Part shown: one piece after another, positions 27,379-40,208 of the stretch
Position numbering within the stretch: the first letter of the stretch is position 1
Layout of the letters: each line of letters opens with the position of its first letter
NCBI RefSeq assembly: GCF_009914755.1
Contig: NC_060931.1
Origin: the human T2T-CHM13v2.0 reference genome, Homo sapiens
Direction: 5' to 3' (one strand)
Length of the DNA: 64,000 nucleotides
The notes under the pieces: model-generated
The model's database searches: none
Told to the model about the DNA's origin: nothing
The model's input: only the letters and a program-made list of their open reading frames with translations
Made by a program: the position numbers and the translations under genes

Positions 27379-28020
27379 CCTGGGTCCTGCGTCCTGGGTC
27401 CTGGGTCCTGCGTCCTGCGTCCTGGGTCCTGGGTCCTGGGTCCTGCGTCCTGCGTCCTGGGTCCTGGGTCCTGGGTCCTGGGTCCTGGGTCCTGCGTCCT
27501 GGGTCCTGGGTCCTGGGTCCTGGGTCCTGGGTCCTGCGTCCTGGGTCCTGGGTCCTGGGTCCTGCGTCCTGGGTCCTGCGTCCTGGGTCCTGGGTCCTGC
27601 GTCCTGGGTCCTGGGTCCTGGGTCCTGCGTCCTGGGTCCTGCGTCCTGGGTCCTGGGTCCTGGGTCCTGCGTCCTGGGTCCTGCGTCCTGCGTCCTGGGT
27701 CCTGGGTCCTGGGTCCTGCGTCCTGGGTCCTGGGTCCTGCGTCCTGCGTCCTGGGTCCTGGGTCCTGGGTCCTGGGTCCTGCGTCCTGGGTCCTGGGTCC
27801 TGCGTCCTGCGTCCTGCGTCCTGGGTCCTGCGTCCTGCGTCCTGGGTCCTGTGTCCTGGGTCCTGGGTCCTGGGTCCTGCGTCCTGGGTCCTGGGTCCTG
27901 CGTCCTGCGTCCTGGGTCCTGGGTCCTGCGTCCTGGGTCCTGGGTCCTGCGTCCTGCGTCCTGCGTCCTGGGTCCTGGGTCCTGGGTCCTGCGTCCTGCG
28001 TCCTGCGTCCTGGGTCCTGG
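27379..28020. repeat. 7-bp two-variant array GGGTCCT/GCGTCCT, ~91 units
   Basis: Read directly; a single GTGTCCT unit at 27851. Confidence 0.98.
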
Positions 28021-28202
28021 ATTGAGACAGAAGACCCTGGGCCGCTCAAGCAGAGCCCGGCTGCAGCCCCAACCTGGAATCCGTCCTTGCCACGAAGCCG
28101 ATGTGGAACCATCGCCGTGCTCAGTGGAGGGACCATGAGTTCATGGCGTGATTAGCTGGGAGGTTTGGAAACAGCAAAAGCAAAAAGGCATCTCCCACAA
28201 TG

Positions 28203-28337
28203 TCCAGTGACTCAAGTCTACAGAGCTTGTGTGCAAATTCCCTTAAAGTCCCTCCTCATCTTCAGAAGATATCCAATGACTCAAGTCTATGGAGCTTGTG
28301 TGCAAATTCCCTTAAAGTCCCTCTTCATCTTCAGAAG
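28203..28337. repeat. 69-bp tandem duplication
   Basis: gactcaagtcta..gagcttgtgtgcaaattcccttaaagtccctc.tcatcttcagaag x2. Confidence 0.92.
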
Positions 28338-29128
28338 TTGAAATAGGAAAGGAAAAGGCAACACTTAGACCAAATGCTGAAGTCAACGTGACATGTAGGA
28401 TGTGATTTGTTAAGTTACACTGACATCTGGTGGCCTTCAGTGTTAGAAGAGAAACACACGAGATCCTGTGATCTGAAACACACATGATCAAATGTGCCTT
28501 TGCATTTTCTTTGGTATTGAAAGCAGACAACACCAGAGGCAGCATTAAACATTAATAAAATCATGAATAAATTAATAAGAACACCACTATGCATATTTTT
28601 CAATTTAATAAGCCAAAAGTATAAAGGATGATTTTCTTCTTCCTAGGCCAAATCTTCTTAAGGAGCAGATTACAGTAGCTTTCTCTACAGTGGAATTTTT
28701 CAAATAGACTTTTAAGAGAAGAAGAGGAAGAAGAAGAAAACCGTCACCACTGTGTATCAGCCCGGAGGTGGGTCCCTGCCTGTGAGAACTGCACGTGGTG
28801 GACTCATACTGCATCTTCAGAGGAAGCAGATGTTCATTACTTATTTCCAGAAAATGACATTTATTACTGTGTTGCAAAATCAAAATCATAAAACAAGCAA
28901 TTTGATGGGCTCAGAAAAAGTCCAAATGATAAGAAAAGGTAAATTGCATAATATAAATAAGGTGTTTCCTCCGTGTTTGCAGAAATACACCAAACGTGTG
29001 ACCACCCTTCGTGACCGGACTACAGCAATAACTAAGCCAGTGGGGTAGGAAGGAGAATCGGATCAAAAGTTCACATTTTGATCAACGTCACATATGCTTG
29101 AGATAAAACGCTGCTAACGTCAACACTG

Positions 29129-29188
29129 GACTCACCCCAGTCATATTAACATTGACACGACTCACCCCAGTCATATTAACATTGACAC
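29129..29188. repeat. 30-bp perfect tandem duplication
   Basis: gactcaccccagtcatattaacattgacac x2. Confidence 0.92.
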
Positions 29189-29668
29189 CAAACACAGCCT
29201 AAAACTCTGTTACCACAAACATGACTTAAACGATACAAAGTTAACCTCCATATTTGCTATACATTCTAGTAATGACTTTGCTCTCCTTAATTAAAAAAAA
29301 AAAAAAATCAAAAGATCATCCTCCCAGACCAGATTCCAAGCTCAGTGCTTTATGTACACAATCATATCATTTTCGTAACACCCTGAAAGTTCTGTTTTCA
29401 TTCATGAGAAGCCCCCGCAGGTAATGCTTGGTTTACGTTAATGAGTAGATGCAGACTGCAGTGCATCTACTCATTTGGGGCTCACCTGGGGCCTCACCTC
29501 CAAAGGGGCTCCTGGAGATGGCAGATCCTGTGGGGCCCACGCTGACCTCTGCAGCCAGAAGCCAGCCATTGCCTGTGTTCAGGGCTGGCCCTGGCAGCAT
29601 ATGGGGAGATGTGTGCAGGAGCAGGCAGTGAGCAGGCTGGGGAGGTGGGCAGTCCTCAGCTTAGGAGA

Positions 29669-29726
29669 GGACCTACCCAGGCATGAGCGTGGACCTACCC
29701 AGGACCTACCCAGGCATGAGCGTGGA
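29669..29726. repeat. Short tandem duplication
   Basis: ggacctacccaggcatgagcgtgga x2 with an extra partial copy. Confidence 0.85.
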
Positions 29727-30949
29727 GAGGGCACAGAAGACCTGGTCAGTCTGAGGAAGGAAAGAGTGGCTGCTGCTAACAGATAGAGTCAGGTCAATTT
29801 CCCCAGGGCTGCCTTCTGAAGCTGGTTTCCATGTTATGAACATGCCTGAAAAGGACCGTGGTTAAAGCAGCTCAAACTCCGGCAGGAGAATTTACGAAGC
29901 ATCCAAGCCCCTCCTCTATGTGAACCAAAGGGTGGCTGTGAGGGTTCCGGGGGTCTCTAACAACAGAAAACCTCCACTGGCTTTCAACCTCACCTGCCAG
30001 GGAAGGGGCCAGGTAGGGATCGCGCAGGCCCCCTCAGACCCTCGCTCTGAAGAACAGGTGCCCTCACAGAGCATGCCGACATTCAGAACTGTCCTGCAGA
30101 ATCTGGCAAGTGTTTTAAGAATTGACATAAAGAGCTGAGAAAATGTGTTGACGTCGCCTCTCAAAAAATCTGGCTTTAAAAAATAATAATAAAGCTAGTG
30201 TTTTTTTGAGCAGCTTCCATGAACTTGCCTTCCAAAGTTTTCTGAAAACTTGAGAAGATGGGGTGTGCCCCCACAGCCCCAGCTGCCTGAGGTTCGCTGA
30301 ACAGCCTGGGTGGCTCCGAGGCGTCCCCGCAGATTCAGCCTGATCACTCCTTCGGTTTCCTCCTACGGCTGCAGGCAGACCTGGAGTTCATCCGGGTGAC
30401 CTCCACAGTCTCTGGCCACCTTCCCTCCATTTAAGAAAAAGAAAAACAGCCCATGTCTGAGCCACCTCCCCAAACCCTCTCTGCCTTCAAGCATCTGACA
30501 AGCTACCCTCACCACACAAGGCCCGCTCCCTCTCTAGAGAGCCTCTCCCGACACCAAAATGTCAACCTAACACGACACTCAGGACACAGCTGTCATCCCG
30601 AAGGCAGGAGATGTGGGGGAAAGGACACAGAATGAGGTCACGATGCCAGAGTCACCCTCGTCTCATCCCCGAGTACCCAGGTGACTACAGACAGGAGAAT
30701 TAATCTCCTTCTCGTGGGATGAAGTGACAGAGTAGACACCTGTGAGCCCACTTCCAGCTCCAGTTAAGGTTTCCTCTGGCCCTGAAGTTCTGCGACTCTG
30801 AGGCATGTGGGGTGACCAAGGGCAGAGGCTCCCAGTCTGTCTCAAACTACAGGCTTTGAGCAAGGTGAGCCTCCCTAAGCTTCGGTTTCCCCAACTTCGG
30901 TAAAGTGAAATAACAAAACCACGAGTGGCTCTTAACTTCTCTGGGAATG

Positions 30950-31112
30950 TCCAGCCAGAGCCTCGGAATGTAACTACGTGGAAACAGGGTCCTCGCAGAC
31001 CTCATTATTGAAGGACCTTGAGGTGAGATCATCTGGATCCAGGGTGGGCCCTAAATGTAGTGATTGACGTCCCTGTAGGGAGAGGAGAAGACACGGAGAC
31101 ACAGGGAAGGGG
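30950..31112 (+). mobile_element. MLT1-family (MaLR) LTR fragment
   Basis: ggaatgtaactacgtggaaacagggtcctcgcaga...ttgaggtgagatcatctggatccagggtgggccctaaat. Confidence 0.75.
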
Positions 31113-31372
31113 TGTTGGTGGAGTCACGGGTGGGAGGCCCCGGAGGGACAGTGCAGACAAGTGCCCAGGTGACCCCAGACACGGAGACACAGGGAAGGGG
31201 TGACGGGACAGTGTGCTCATGGGATGGGAGGCCCCAGAGGGACAGTGCAGACAAGTACCCAGGTGACCCCAGACACGGAGACACAGGGAAGGGGTGACGG
31301 GACAGTGTGCTCATGGGGTGGGAGGCCCCGGAGGGACAGGGTACACAAGCACCCAGGTGACCCCAGACATGG
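31089..31372. repeat. 88-94-bp tandem repeat x3, seeded in the MLT1 fragment
   Basis: acggagacacagggaaggggtg at 31093, 31181 and 31275. Confidence 0.9.
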
Positions 31373-31533
31373 AGCGTGAGTAGGAAATTCACTTGGTGGT
31401 GTCAGGCCACAGAGATCCGGACAGGCTGGGCTGCCCCTGCGAACCCGGGGCCCTCTCCTCCCTGGCACAGCCTTATTTTCACTCCTGCAGCTCCCGAGAG
31501 GAGGCCTCGCTCTTCCACCTGTTTCTGTGTCAT

Positions 31534-31651
31534 GGGACCCTTCACAGAGCAGGCACTCAAAACCCATGAGCACCCTATCCCTTACAACCAAACGCAGCTC
31601 CGTTTCTGCCTCCCACGGCTTCTTCACACGCTTCCCAGTGGGTTCATTCTC
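31534..31651 (+). repeat. Dispersed duplicate, copy B (partner 23360-23476)
   Basis: See copy A. Confidence 0.93.
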
Positions 31652-32328
31652 CCTTCCCCACGTAAAGATGTGTGCAGCCACAGCTTTCCGGCCACCTTGA
31701 AATGAGGTGACATCTCCAGTCGCTTCCCGTGATGAAGTGCGGGGCCTGGCACTGCGCACTGCTGCCCCTGCTGGGTCCTCACAGCTCCTTCAGCAGCCTC
31801 TGGGGTCTCACCTCCTGGTCCCCTGGGCCCTTGCACATGCCCGGCCACCACTCTCTGGTCCCCCCAGCACTCACGGCTCACCTCCTGGGAGCCAAGGCAC
31901 CTGCAAGTCCTGCTGTCGTCCCGGGAACAGGGGTCCCCTTCCCGTGGGAGATGGGATCCCCCAGGTAACACAGCCAGTCAGAGGGCAGCATCAGAACTCA
32001 CTCGCTGTCCTTGTCTACACTAAGCACTCAACTTCAAGTTGGGAAACCTGGGTACCAAGCAGCCAACCAACGCCAATGGAGGTGGAAGGCGCCGCCCCGC
32101 GGCACTCACACCCGCCTCAGATGGGAGCATGGTCTCAGGGGCCAGGGCCCAGGTCTTATCCAGACTCAGCTGCTCTGTGACCCAGGTCAGTCACTGGCCT
32201 TCCTCCCGGGCTGCTTCTCTGTGGCTCAGGGGACAATAGGCCCATCTCGTTAGGCTGCCGTGAGGGTGAAATGAGGCTGCGCACATGAGACTGGGGCTGA
32301 GAACATGCGTGGGCCAAGAACACACCTG

Positions 32329-33538
32329 CCAGGGCCCATCGCAGCACCCTCATCAGCTCCAGGGCCCATCACAGCACCCTCCTCAGCTGCAGAGCCCATC
32401 ACAGCACCCTCCTCAGCTCCAGGGCCCATCCAGTGCCCTCCTCAGCACCAGGGCCCATCCAGCACCCTCCTTAGCACCAGGGCCCATCTCAGCACCCTCC
32501 TCAACACCAGGGCCCATCTCAGCACCCTCCTCAGCACCAGGGCCCATCCAGCACCCTCCTCAACACCAGGGCCCATCTCAGCACCCTCCTCAGCACCAGG
32601 GCCCATCTCAGCACCCTCCTCAGCACCAGGGCCCATCTCAGCACCCTCCTCAGCACCAGGGCCCATCTCAGCACCCTCCTCAACACCAGGGCCCATCCAG
32701 CGCCCTCCTCAGCACCAGGGCCCATCTCAGCACCCTCCTTAGCACCAGGGCCCATCTCAGCACCCTCCTCAACACCAGGGCCCATCCAGCGCCCTCCTCA
32801 GCACCAGGGCCCATCTCAGCACCCTCCTCAGCACCAGGGCCCATCCAGCGCCCTCCTCAGCACCAGGGCCCATCTCAGCACCCTCCTCAGCACCAGGGCC
32901 CATCCAGCACCCTCCTCAGCACCAGGGCCCATCTCAGCACCCTCCTCAGCACCAGGGCCTATCTCAGCACCCTCCTCAGCTCCAGGGCCCATCCAGTGCC
33001 CTCCTCAGCACCAGGGCCCATCTCAGCACCCTCCTCAACACCAGGGCCCATCTCAGCACCCTCCTCAGCACCAGGGCCCATCCAGCACCCTCCTCAGCTC
33101 CAGGGCCCATCCAGCGCCCTCCTCAGCACCAGGGCCCAGCTCAGCACCCTCCTCAGCACCAGGGCCCATCCAGCACCCTCCTCAGCTCCAGGGCCCATCT
33201 CAGCACCCTCCTCAGCTCCAGGGCCCATCCAGTGCCCTCCTCAGCACCAGGGCCCATCTCAGCACCCTCCTCAGCACCAGGGCCCATCCAGTGCCCTCCT
33301 CAACACCAGGGCCCATCCAGCGCCCTCCTCAGCACCAGGGCCCATCTCAGCACCCTCCTCAGCTCCAGGGCCCATCCAGCACCCTCCTCAGCACCAGGGC
33401 CCATCCAGTGGCCTCCTCAGCTCCAGGGCCCATCCAGTGCCCTTCTCAGCTCCAGGGCCCGTCTCAGCGCCCTCCTCAGCTCCAGGACCCATCCAGCACC
33501 CTCCTCAGCTCCAGGACCCATCCAGCGCCCTCCTCAAC
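32329..33538. repeat. 29/30-bp VNTR, ~41 copies
   Basis: Unit cagcaccctcctcagcaccagggcccatc(t). Confidence 0.98.
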
Positions 33539-34246
33539 ATGGCTCCCTTCCCTCTCGCCACTGAGCAGACTTGATAACAGATGCAAGCTCGTTCCAGACC
33601 CACAAGAAAATCCACAGCAAGACAAATTTTGTGCCAAAGTTGGGTTCAAGATCAAAAACAATCCTTTGTATCTCATTTGTAATAAGTCGTAGGGGCTCAC
33701 GAGAAAAGGAAAGATAATTCAATTTTGAATGTATGTTTACATTTCCTAAACAGCTCACTTAGCATCTGAACCCGAATGCACACAAAAAAATAAAACATTG
33801 TCTTTAAGGAAATAAAATGCAGTGGGCCTAACATGGCCCCCAATTGGCCAAGTCCTCTTCTCAACTAGGAAACTGGCCACTGTCCACTCTGGGCCTGTGA
33901 CTAACACAGAGGAGGATCTCTTGTCCTTAACCTTTTCCGACTCCCCTCCCAGAAGATGGCAGGGCTCAAGAGGCCTGAACGGGAAAGCCCCGTGTGGGCT
34001 CCATGGCGACCTCAGCAGGCGAGCCCACCCCTCTCCCGGGAGGACTAACAGTGGGAAGACTTCTGTGGGTGGGAGATGAGGACCCCAGTCTCTCAGCCTG
34101 GTGTCTGTAAAACTAGGAGAACGGGCCCATCCTGCGGGTGCTGGGGAGCCTGTGGGACACACAGGAAGCACTTGTGTGTCCAGGCCCAGCGGTCCTGACC
34201 CAGCCTTTTCAGCTCAACCTGGGCCACCCTTAAACATGGAGGCAAG

Positions 34247-34479
34247 GGCCAGGTGTGATGGCTCACGCCTGTAATCCCAGCACTTTGGGAGGCCGAGGCA
34301 GGTGAATTACCTGAGGTCAGGAGTTCGAGACAAGCCTGGTCAACATGGAGAAACCGTGTCTCTACTAAATCACTTGAACCTGGGAGGCGGAGGTTGCAGT
34401 GAGCCGTGATCGTGCCACTGCACTTCAGCCTGGGTGACAGAGACAGCCTCTATCTCAAAAAAAAAAAAAAAAAAAAAAA
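34247..34479 (+). mobile_element. AluS with ~70-bp internal deletion
   Basis: The left arm ...tctactaaat is joined directly to cacttgaacc of the right arm; poly-A tail; degenerate TSD ggaggcaag/ggaagcaag. Confidence 0.93.
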
Positions 34480-35342
34480 GGAAGCAAGGGGATTCCTAGT
34501 GTTCCAGCAGGGGGAGAACTGTGGTTCTAGCAAATCCTCTACCAAGTGAGTACCGTGCACTTCCAGAGCGTAGGGAATCAGGTGCTCAACCCCGAACGGC
34601 CCATAGCAGAGCTCTCCCGATGATGCAGGGCACACCAGGAGTGAGGACAGCAGCACTAAACCATGAGGTTAAGACAAAGGGGCTGACAGGGAGCAGTCAC
34701 CTGTGAGAATTTAAAGAGCAGAATTAACGGGCTGGAGCATTAAGCCCCAAAGGACGGATCCAGGAGGGTGCCCGGGCGGTTAACAATGGCTATTCAGGCC
34801 TAAGAAGGAAAGAAATAACCTTAAAATAGAATCCCATCCCATCCTCCTGGACCAGATTTCACTAGTAATTGCATCTGTGAGGAAGAGAGCTGCAAAGGAA
34901 ATTAGATGTTCTCCGGGCTCAGCTGTAAGTCATACATCAGAGCCACCCACTGAGAATTCCCATTAGGAAGAAGCTGGCACGAGCTCACATGCGGGCTGGA
35001 GGCCGCCCCCGCTTCCACGGCCCAAAAAGCTGTCCCCACCGAGGTCCTCGATCTGGCATAATTGCCGGCATTGTGCCGCGCCTCCCGCCCTGGCCACATC
35101 AATGTGGCTCATTCTTCGAGGCTCCACTGAACGCTGGGAGCTGTGTTGAAAGTGGGGGAGGGGCATCCACTGATGAAGCTTCCGGAGCATCTCCATCCAG
35201 CCAGCTCCCTCACACCAACTGAATGAGCCAGCGTGCTGTAAGGAAAACACTACCAGTCATCCACATGAGGAGGGGCGGGGGAAGGTACCTCTGCCTGGGA
35301 CAAAAGCCTGCAAGGAAAACAGGAGCTGAGCACTCCAGCCAT

Positions 35343-35508
35343 AATACAACCAGCTACTTTCCTGATGATACAACCAGCTACTTTCCTGATGATACAACCA
35401 GCTACTTTCCTGATGATACAACCAGCTACTTCTCTGATGATACAACCAGCTACTTCTCTGATGATACAACCAGCTACTTCTCTGATGATACAAACAGCTA
35501 ATTTCCTG
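35343..35508. repeat. 24-bp VNTR, ~6.5 copies
   Basis: Unit atacaaccagctact(ttcc/tctc)tgatg. Confidence 0.95.
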
Positions 35509-37362
35509 ACCTACCAAGAGGCCAGAAACCACACCTCAACTCCCTGCTTCCCAATTAATCTTTACTCTGCAGTCCACACTCTGGGCCCCAGCGACAGTAT
35601 TGGTGAAGAGACGCAAAGCTGATGAATGACGTCAAACAAACAAAAACAACCTGTAGCAGGTGGCTTCAAGAAACCCTCCTGCTTTCCTTCCTCAGGGGAG
35701 AGAGCCAGCAGCCTTGCTGCCTGGGTTTGGAAGGGTCACCCCAGGCCCTACCCACCATCCTCTCTAAGCCCCCACCAGCTGCTTCAGCCCTGGATGACAC
35801 TGGACACCACCTGGGACCCTGAAAATGCAGGTGCCTGGGCCCCACCTCCACCAGATTCAGATGTCACTGCTCCGGAGTGCGGCCTGCTTACCAGACTTAT
35901 CTGAGCACTCCCAGCTACTGTGGATGTACAGAAAGGGTTTAGAACCATGGGCCCATTCTACCAACAAGAACTGCATATACCACGGGCCCCGCCTCAGAGT
36001 TATTGTTGAGGACTTGTCCCCCCACCCCACCCTACAATGGCTCATTAATATCCCATACACGCAAATCCTCGTCAAAGACCCTCAATGAAGTATGCAGGCC
36101 ACCCATGCCTCTTCCTCATTCAATTGATAAATGAGAAAGTTTCTTAAGGAAAAATTAAACAAATCAGGTGATTTAGCCTAGTTTTAGTCACTAAGAAGGG
36201 ACTTCAGAGTAGTTCATAAATTGTCTCTAAGGATTTTCAATAGCAGAGCATTCCTCAGAGGGCTGGGTGGTCCCCTAGAAGCCCCTGCCACCCCTGTGTC
36301 TGCTGTGGCTGGGGCTCCACATCCCCATGACGTGTCTGGTGGCAGCCACCACAGTCCTGTCTCTTCTAGGAATCTAAGTGTTAGGTTCTGGTTTCTTCTC
36401 TTCCACATCCACCTTTGGTGTTGGTTTCAGAAACAGCAAATCCTACAATCCACGGTTCCCAAGCCTGACTGCACACCTGAACCATCCCTAAATACTTTCC
36501 ACACAGGTGCCTTCCCTGGGCCCCATGCACTGGAGGAAGCCTTCTGTGAAGGTCCACTTTGGGGCCCAGGAATGGGAATCCAGCTTCACTCCATAGTCAG
36601 CCAGGCTTGGGACAACTGTGGTGGATGATCTGATTGCATCCGACTGTCCTCCCTTGCAGGCCCAACCCACAGGGATACATGGCCAAAGTTTAGATATGCA
36701 CCCCCAGCCCCCAACCACACAGTCCAGATTTCAATTACATGGCATGTTAACCGAGTAACTACATAAAGTACAAAGTGTGCTGCCAGGTGTAGGCAACAAA
36801 CCACCACATGTTAACAGCCATGTGGGATTGGTGGCTGCATGGGGATTGGCCAGGGTGCCTGTCACTCAGCTCAGCACAGACAGCAAAGCATGGAGCTGTG
36901 TGGCCACATCATCTCCCAGGGAGAAACCAAACAACATTTCGCAGAAGTGAATTATCAGAAGAAAGAACAGACAAACAAAGATATAAGTGCACCAGAGAAT
37001 GAAAAGGGATAGTGCTGGAAGTGAAATTCCAAAGAAAGGCCAGGGGGCAGGAAACAGACAGCCTACTGGGAAACATAGACTGGCTACCATGTGGGACACT
37101 CACGGTGCTGCAGGAACCTAAGGAAGGCAACTCATCCGCACACAGCAGGGAAGTGGCTGTGAGGGAAACGATGATATCCAGGGGAAATGGGGCAATAAGA
37201 CCTTCACAGTAAAGGGACACTCAGAGGCACTTCACCACCACAAAATGGCAAAGCACAAAATGTTGGAGGGCAATCCAGACTCAGAAAGGGATTGACACTC
37301 AGCAAGCCATGGGGAGAATGCTCACAACTATCACAGCCTAGACAAGGATTCAAGTGCCACAC

Positions 37363-39271
37363 ACACTACATCGAGATGCTCTACCTCTCACTGTCCCCCT
37401 GTGCTAAGTCACAGTGCACTACATCAAGATGCTGCAGCTCTCAGTGTCCCACTGTGTTAAGTTGTGGTGTACCACATCAAGATGCCGTAGCTCTCAGTGT
37501 CCTGGTGTAAGTCACAGTGTACTACATTGAGATGCTGTAGCTCTCAGTTTCCCTGCTGTGTTAAGTCACAGTGCACTACAACAAGATGCTCTAGCTCTCA
37601 GTGTCCTGCTGTGTTAAGTCATGGTGTACTACATCGAGATGCTGAAGCTTTCAGTGTCCCACTGTGTTAAGTCATGGTGTACTACATCGAGATGCTGAAG
37701 CTTTCAGTGTCCCGCTGTGCTGTCATGGTGTACTACATCGAGATGTTGTAGCTTTCAGTGTCCCGCTGTGTTAAGTCATGGTGAACTACATCGAGATGCT
37801 GTAGCTTTCAGTGTCCCGCTGTGTTGTCATGGTGTACTACATCGAGATGCTCTAGCTCTCAGTGTCCCACTGTGTTAAGTCATGGTGTACTACATCGAGA
37901 TGCTGCTGTAGCTCTCACTGTCCCACTCTATTAAGTCATGGTGTCCTACATCGAGATGCTCTAGCTCTCAGTGTCCCACTGTGTTAAGTCACGGTGTCCT
38001 ACATCGAGATGCTCTAGCTCTCAGTGTCCCACTGTGTTAAGTCACGGTGTACTACATCGAGATGCTCTAGCTCTCAGTGTCCCACTGTGTTAAGTCACGG
38101 TGTACTACATCGAGATGCTCTAGCTCTCAGTGTCCCGCTGTGTTAAGTCACGGTGTACTACATCGAGATGCTCTAGCTTTCAGTGTCCCGCTGTGTTAAG
38201 TCACGGTGTACTACATCGAGATGCTCTAGCTCTCCGTGTCCCCCTGTGTTAAGTCATGGTGTACTACATCGAGATGCTCTAGCTCTCCGTGTCCCACTGT
38301 GTTAAGTCATGGTGTATTACATCGAGATGCTCTAGCTCTCAGTGTCCCACTGTGTTAAGTCACGGTGTACTACATCGAGATGCTCTAGCTCTCAGTGTCC
38401 CGCTGTGTTAAGTCATGGTGTACTACATCGAGATGCTCTAGCTTTCAGTGTCCCGCTGTGTTAAGTCACGGTGTACTACATCGAGATGCTCCAGCTCTCC
38501 ATGTCCCGCTGTGTTAAGTCATGGTGTACTACATCAAGATGCTCTAGCTCTCCGTGTCCTGCTGTGTTAAGTCACGGTGTACTACATCGAGATGCTCTAG
38601 CACTCAGTGTCCCACTGTGTTGTCATGGTGTACTACATCGAGATGCTGTAGCTCTCCGTGTCCTGCTGTGGTAAGTCATGGTGTACTACATCGAGATGCT
38701 CTAGCTCTCCGTGTCCCGCTGTGTTAAGTCACGGTGTACTACATCAAGATGCTCTAGCTCTCAGTGTCCCACTGTGTTGTCATGGTGTACTACATCGAGA
38801 TGCTGTAGCTCTCAGCATCCCGCTGTGTTAAGTCACGGTGTACTACATCGACATGCTCTAGCTCTCCGTGTCCCACTGTGTTAAGTCACAGTGTACTACA
38901 TCGAGATGCTGTAGCTCTCCATGTCCCGCTGTGTTAAGTCACGGTGTACTACATCGAGATGCTGTAGCTCTCCGTGTCCCGCTGTGTTAAGTCACGGTGT
39001 ACTACATCGAGATGCTGTAGCTCTCAGTGTCCCCCTGTGTTAAGTCACGGTGTACTACATCGAGATGCTGTAGCTCTCAGTGTCCCACTGTGTTAAGTCA
39101 CGGTGTACTACATCAAGATGCTGTAGCTCTCAGTGTCCCACTGTGTTAAGTCATGGTGTACTACATCGAGATGCTCCAGCTCTCAGTGTCCCACTGTGTT
39201 AAGTCATGTTGTACTACATCAAGATGCTGTAGCTCTCACTGTCCCACTGTGTTGTCACAGTGTACTACATC
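37363..39271. repeat. 53-bp VNTR, ~36 copies
   Basis: Unit gtactacatcgagatgctctagctctcagtgtcccactgtgttaagtcacggt. Confidence 0.98.
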
Positions 39272-39724
39272 ATTGTCAGACTCACTGTTTTCATTTCCAT
39301 ACACACTTAGATTATAAGAGTTTGTAACGTTTTCACAACATTACAGGTCATGAAACAATCCTCATTTTCCTATAAGTTATTCCAGTGGCTCACATAGTCC
39401 TTGCCACTTCTCCTTCACCATGCAATGAGGTACAACCTGGTATTGGTTTTGTGCTTGACTCTGACCGTCTTGCCATCTTTTGTAAGGTTCTGTGTTTAAA
39501 TATTGCATTTCAGGCAGCTGTGGTGTTGCCAGCCTTGAGGCAGGGTTCTGGAGCCTGAAGACATGTGTCCTTGGCAGTAACCTGTGTGTAGACCCACCTT
39601 TCTGAAATTAGACCCAGATGCTATCTCAAAGCTAAAAGTCATTTTCTTGACATCAAGCATTTTTGGCCTGGAAAGCTCCATTTTAGAAAACGGCTGTTTT
39701 GCAAACATTATATAAGCTGTCACC

Positions 39725-39828
39725 AGCAAGAATTCCGTCACTGCAAGAATTCCTTCACTGCAAGAATTCCATCATTGCAAGAATTCCGTCACTGCAAGAA
39801 TTCCGTCACTGCAAGAATTCTGTCACTG
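39725..39828. repeat. 17-bp tandem repeat x6
   Basis: ctgcaagaattccgtca. Confidence 0.95.
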
Positions 39829-40144
39829 CCGTAATCACTCATCAGAGACTGAGGAAGTCTCAGTCAAGTGCACGGGGCCTCGGGACTCTCGGAGGTGCCC
39901 AGCTCCACAGACCCTTCCACATGGGAAGGCAGCAGAGTGGCTGCTCTCTTTCCCATTCCCTGCTCTGGGAGTGTCAGCCCTGACTCACACAGCCCTCCTT
40001 CCATGTCACGCCAGGAGCCTCACCACGCAGCACTGCAGCTGGAATGAGTGAAATACCTGATGGAGCACTTGGAGAAGAGAGTCGAATTCACAAGCCTCCA
40101 GCACTCGGTGTGGCCAGCATTCACCACTCAGGGATTTCTAAGAT

Positions 40145-40208
40145 CACACGTGATGTCTGACCGGACTCAGAAGCTCACACGTGATGTCTGACCGGACTTG
40201 GAAGCTCA
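40145..40208. repeat. ~31-bp tandem duplication containing CACGTG
   Basis: tcacacgtgatgtctgaccggact..gaagc x2. Confidence 0.9.

Noticed and set aside
27186-28136. 316-aa (RTQDPGP)n ORF
   Set aside because: Heptamer repeat artefact
32285-33574. 429-aa ORF with QHPPQHQGPS repeats
   Set aside because: Product of the 29/30-bp VNTR with shifting phase
34989-35248. Minus-strand acceptor gttttccttacAG near 35236 with CpG-rich downstream sequence
   Set aside because: No strong matching donor and no recognisable peptide
36200-37330. Possible ancient ERVL-internal remnant
   Set aside because: Only a vague resemblance; no motif I can point to
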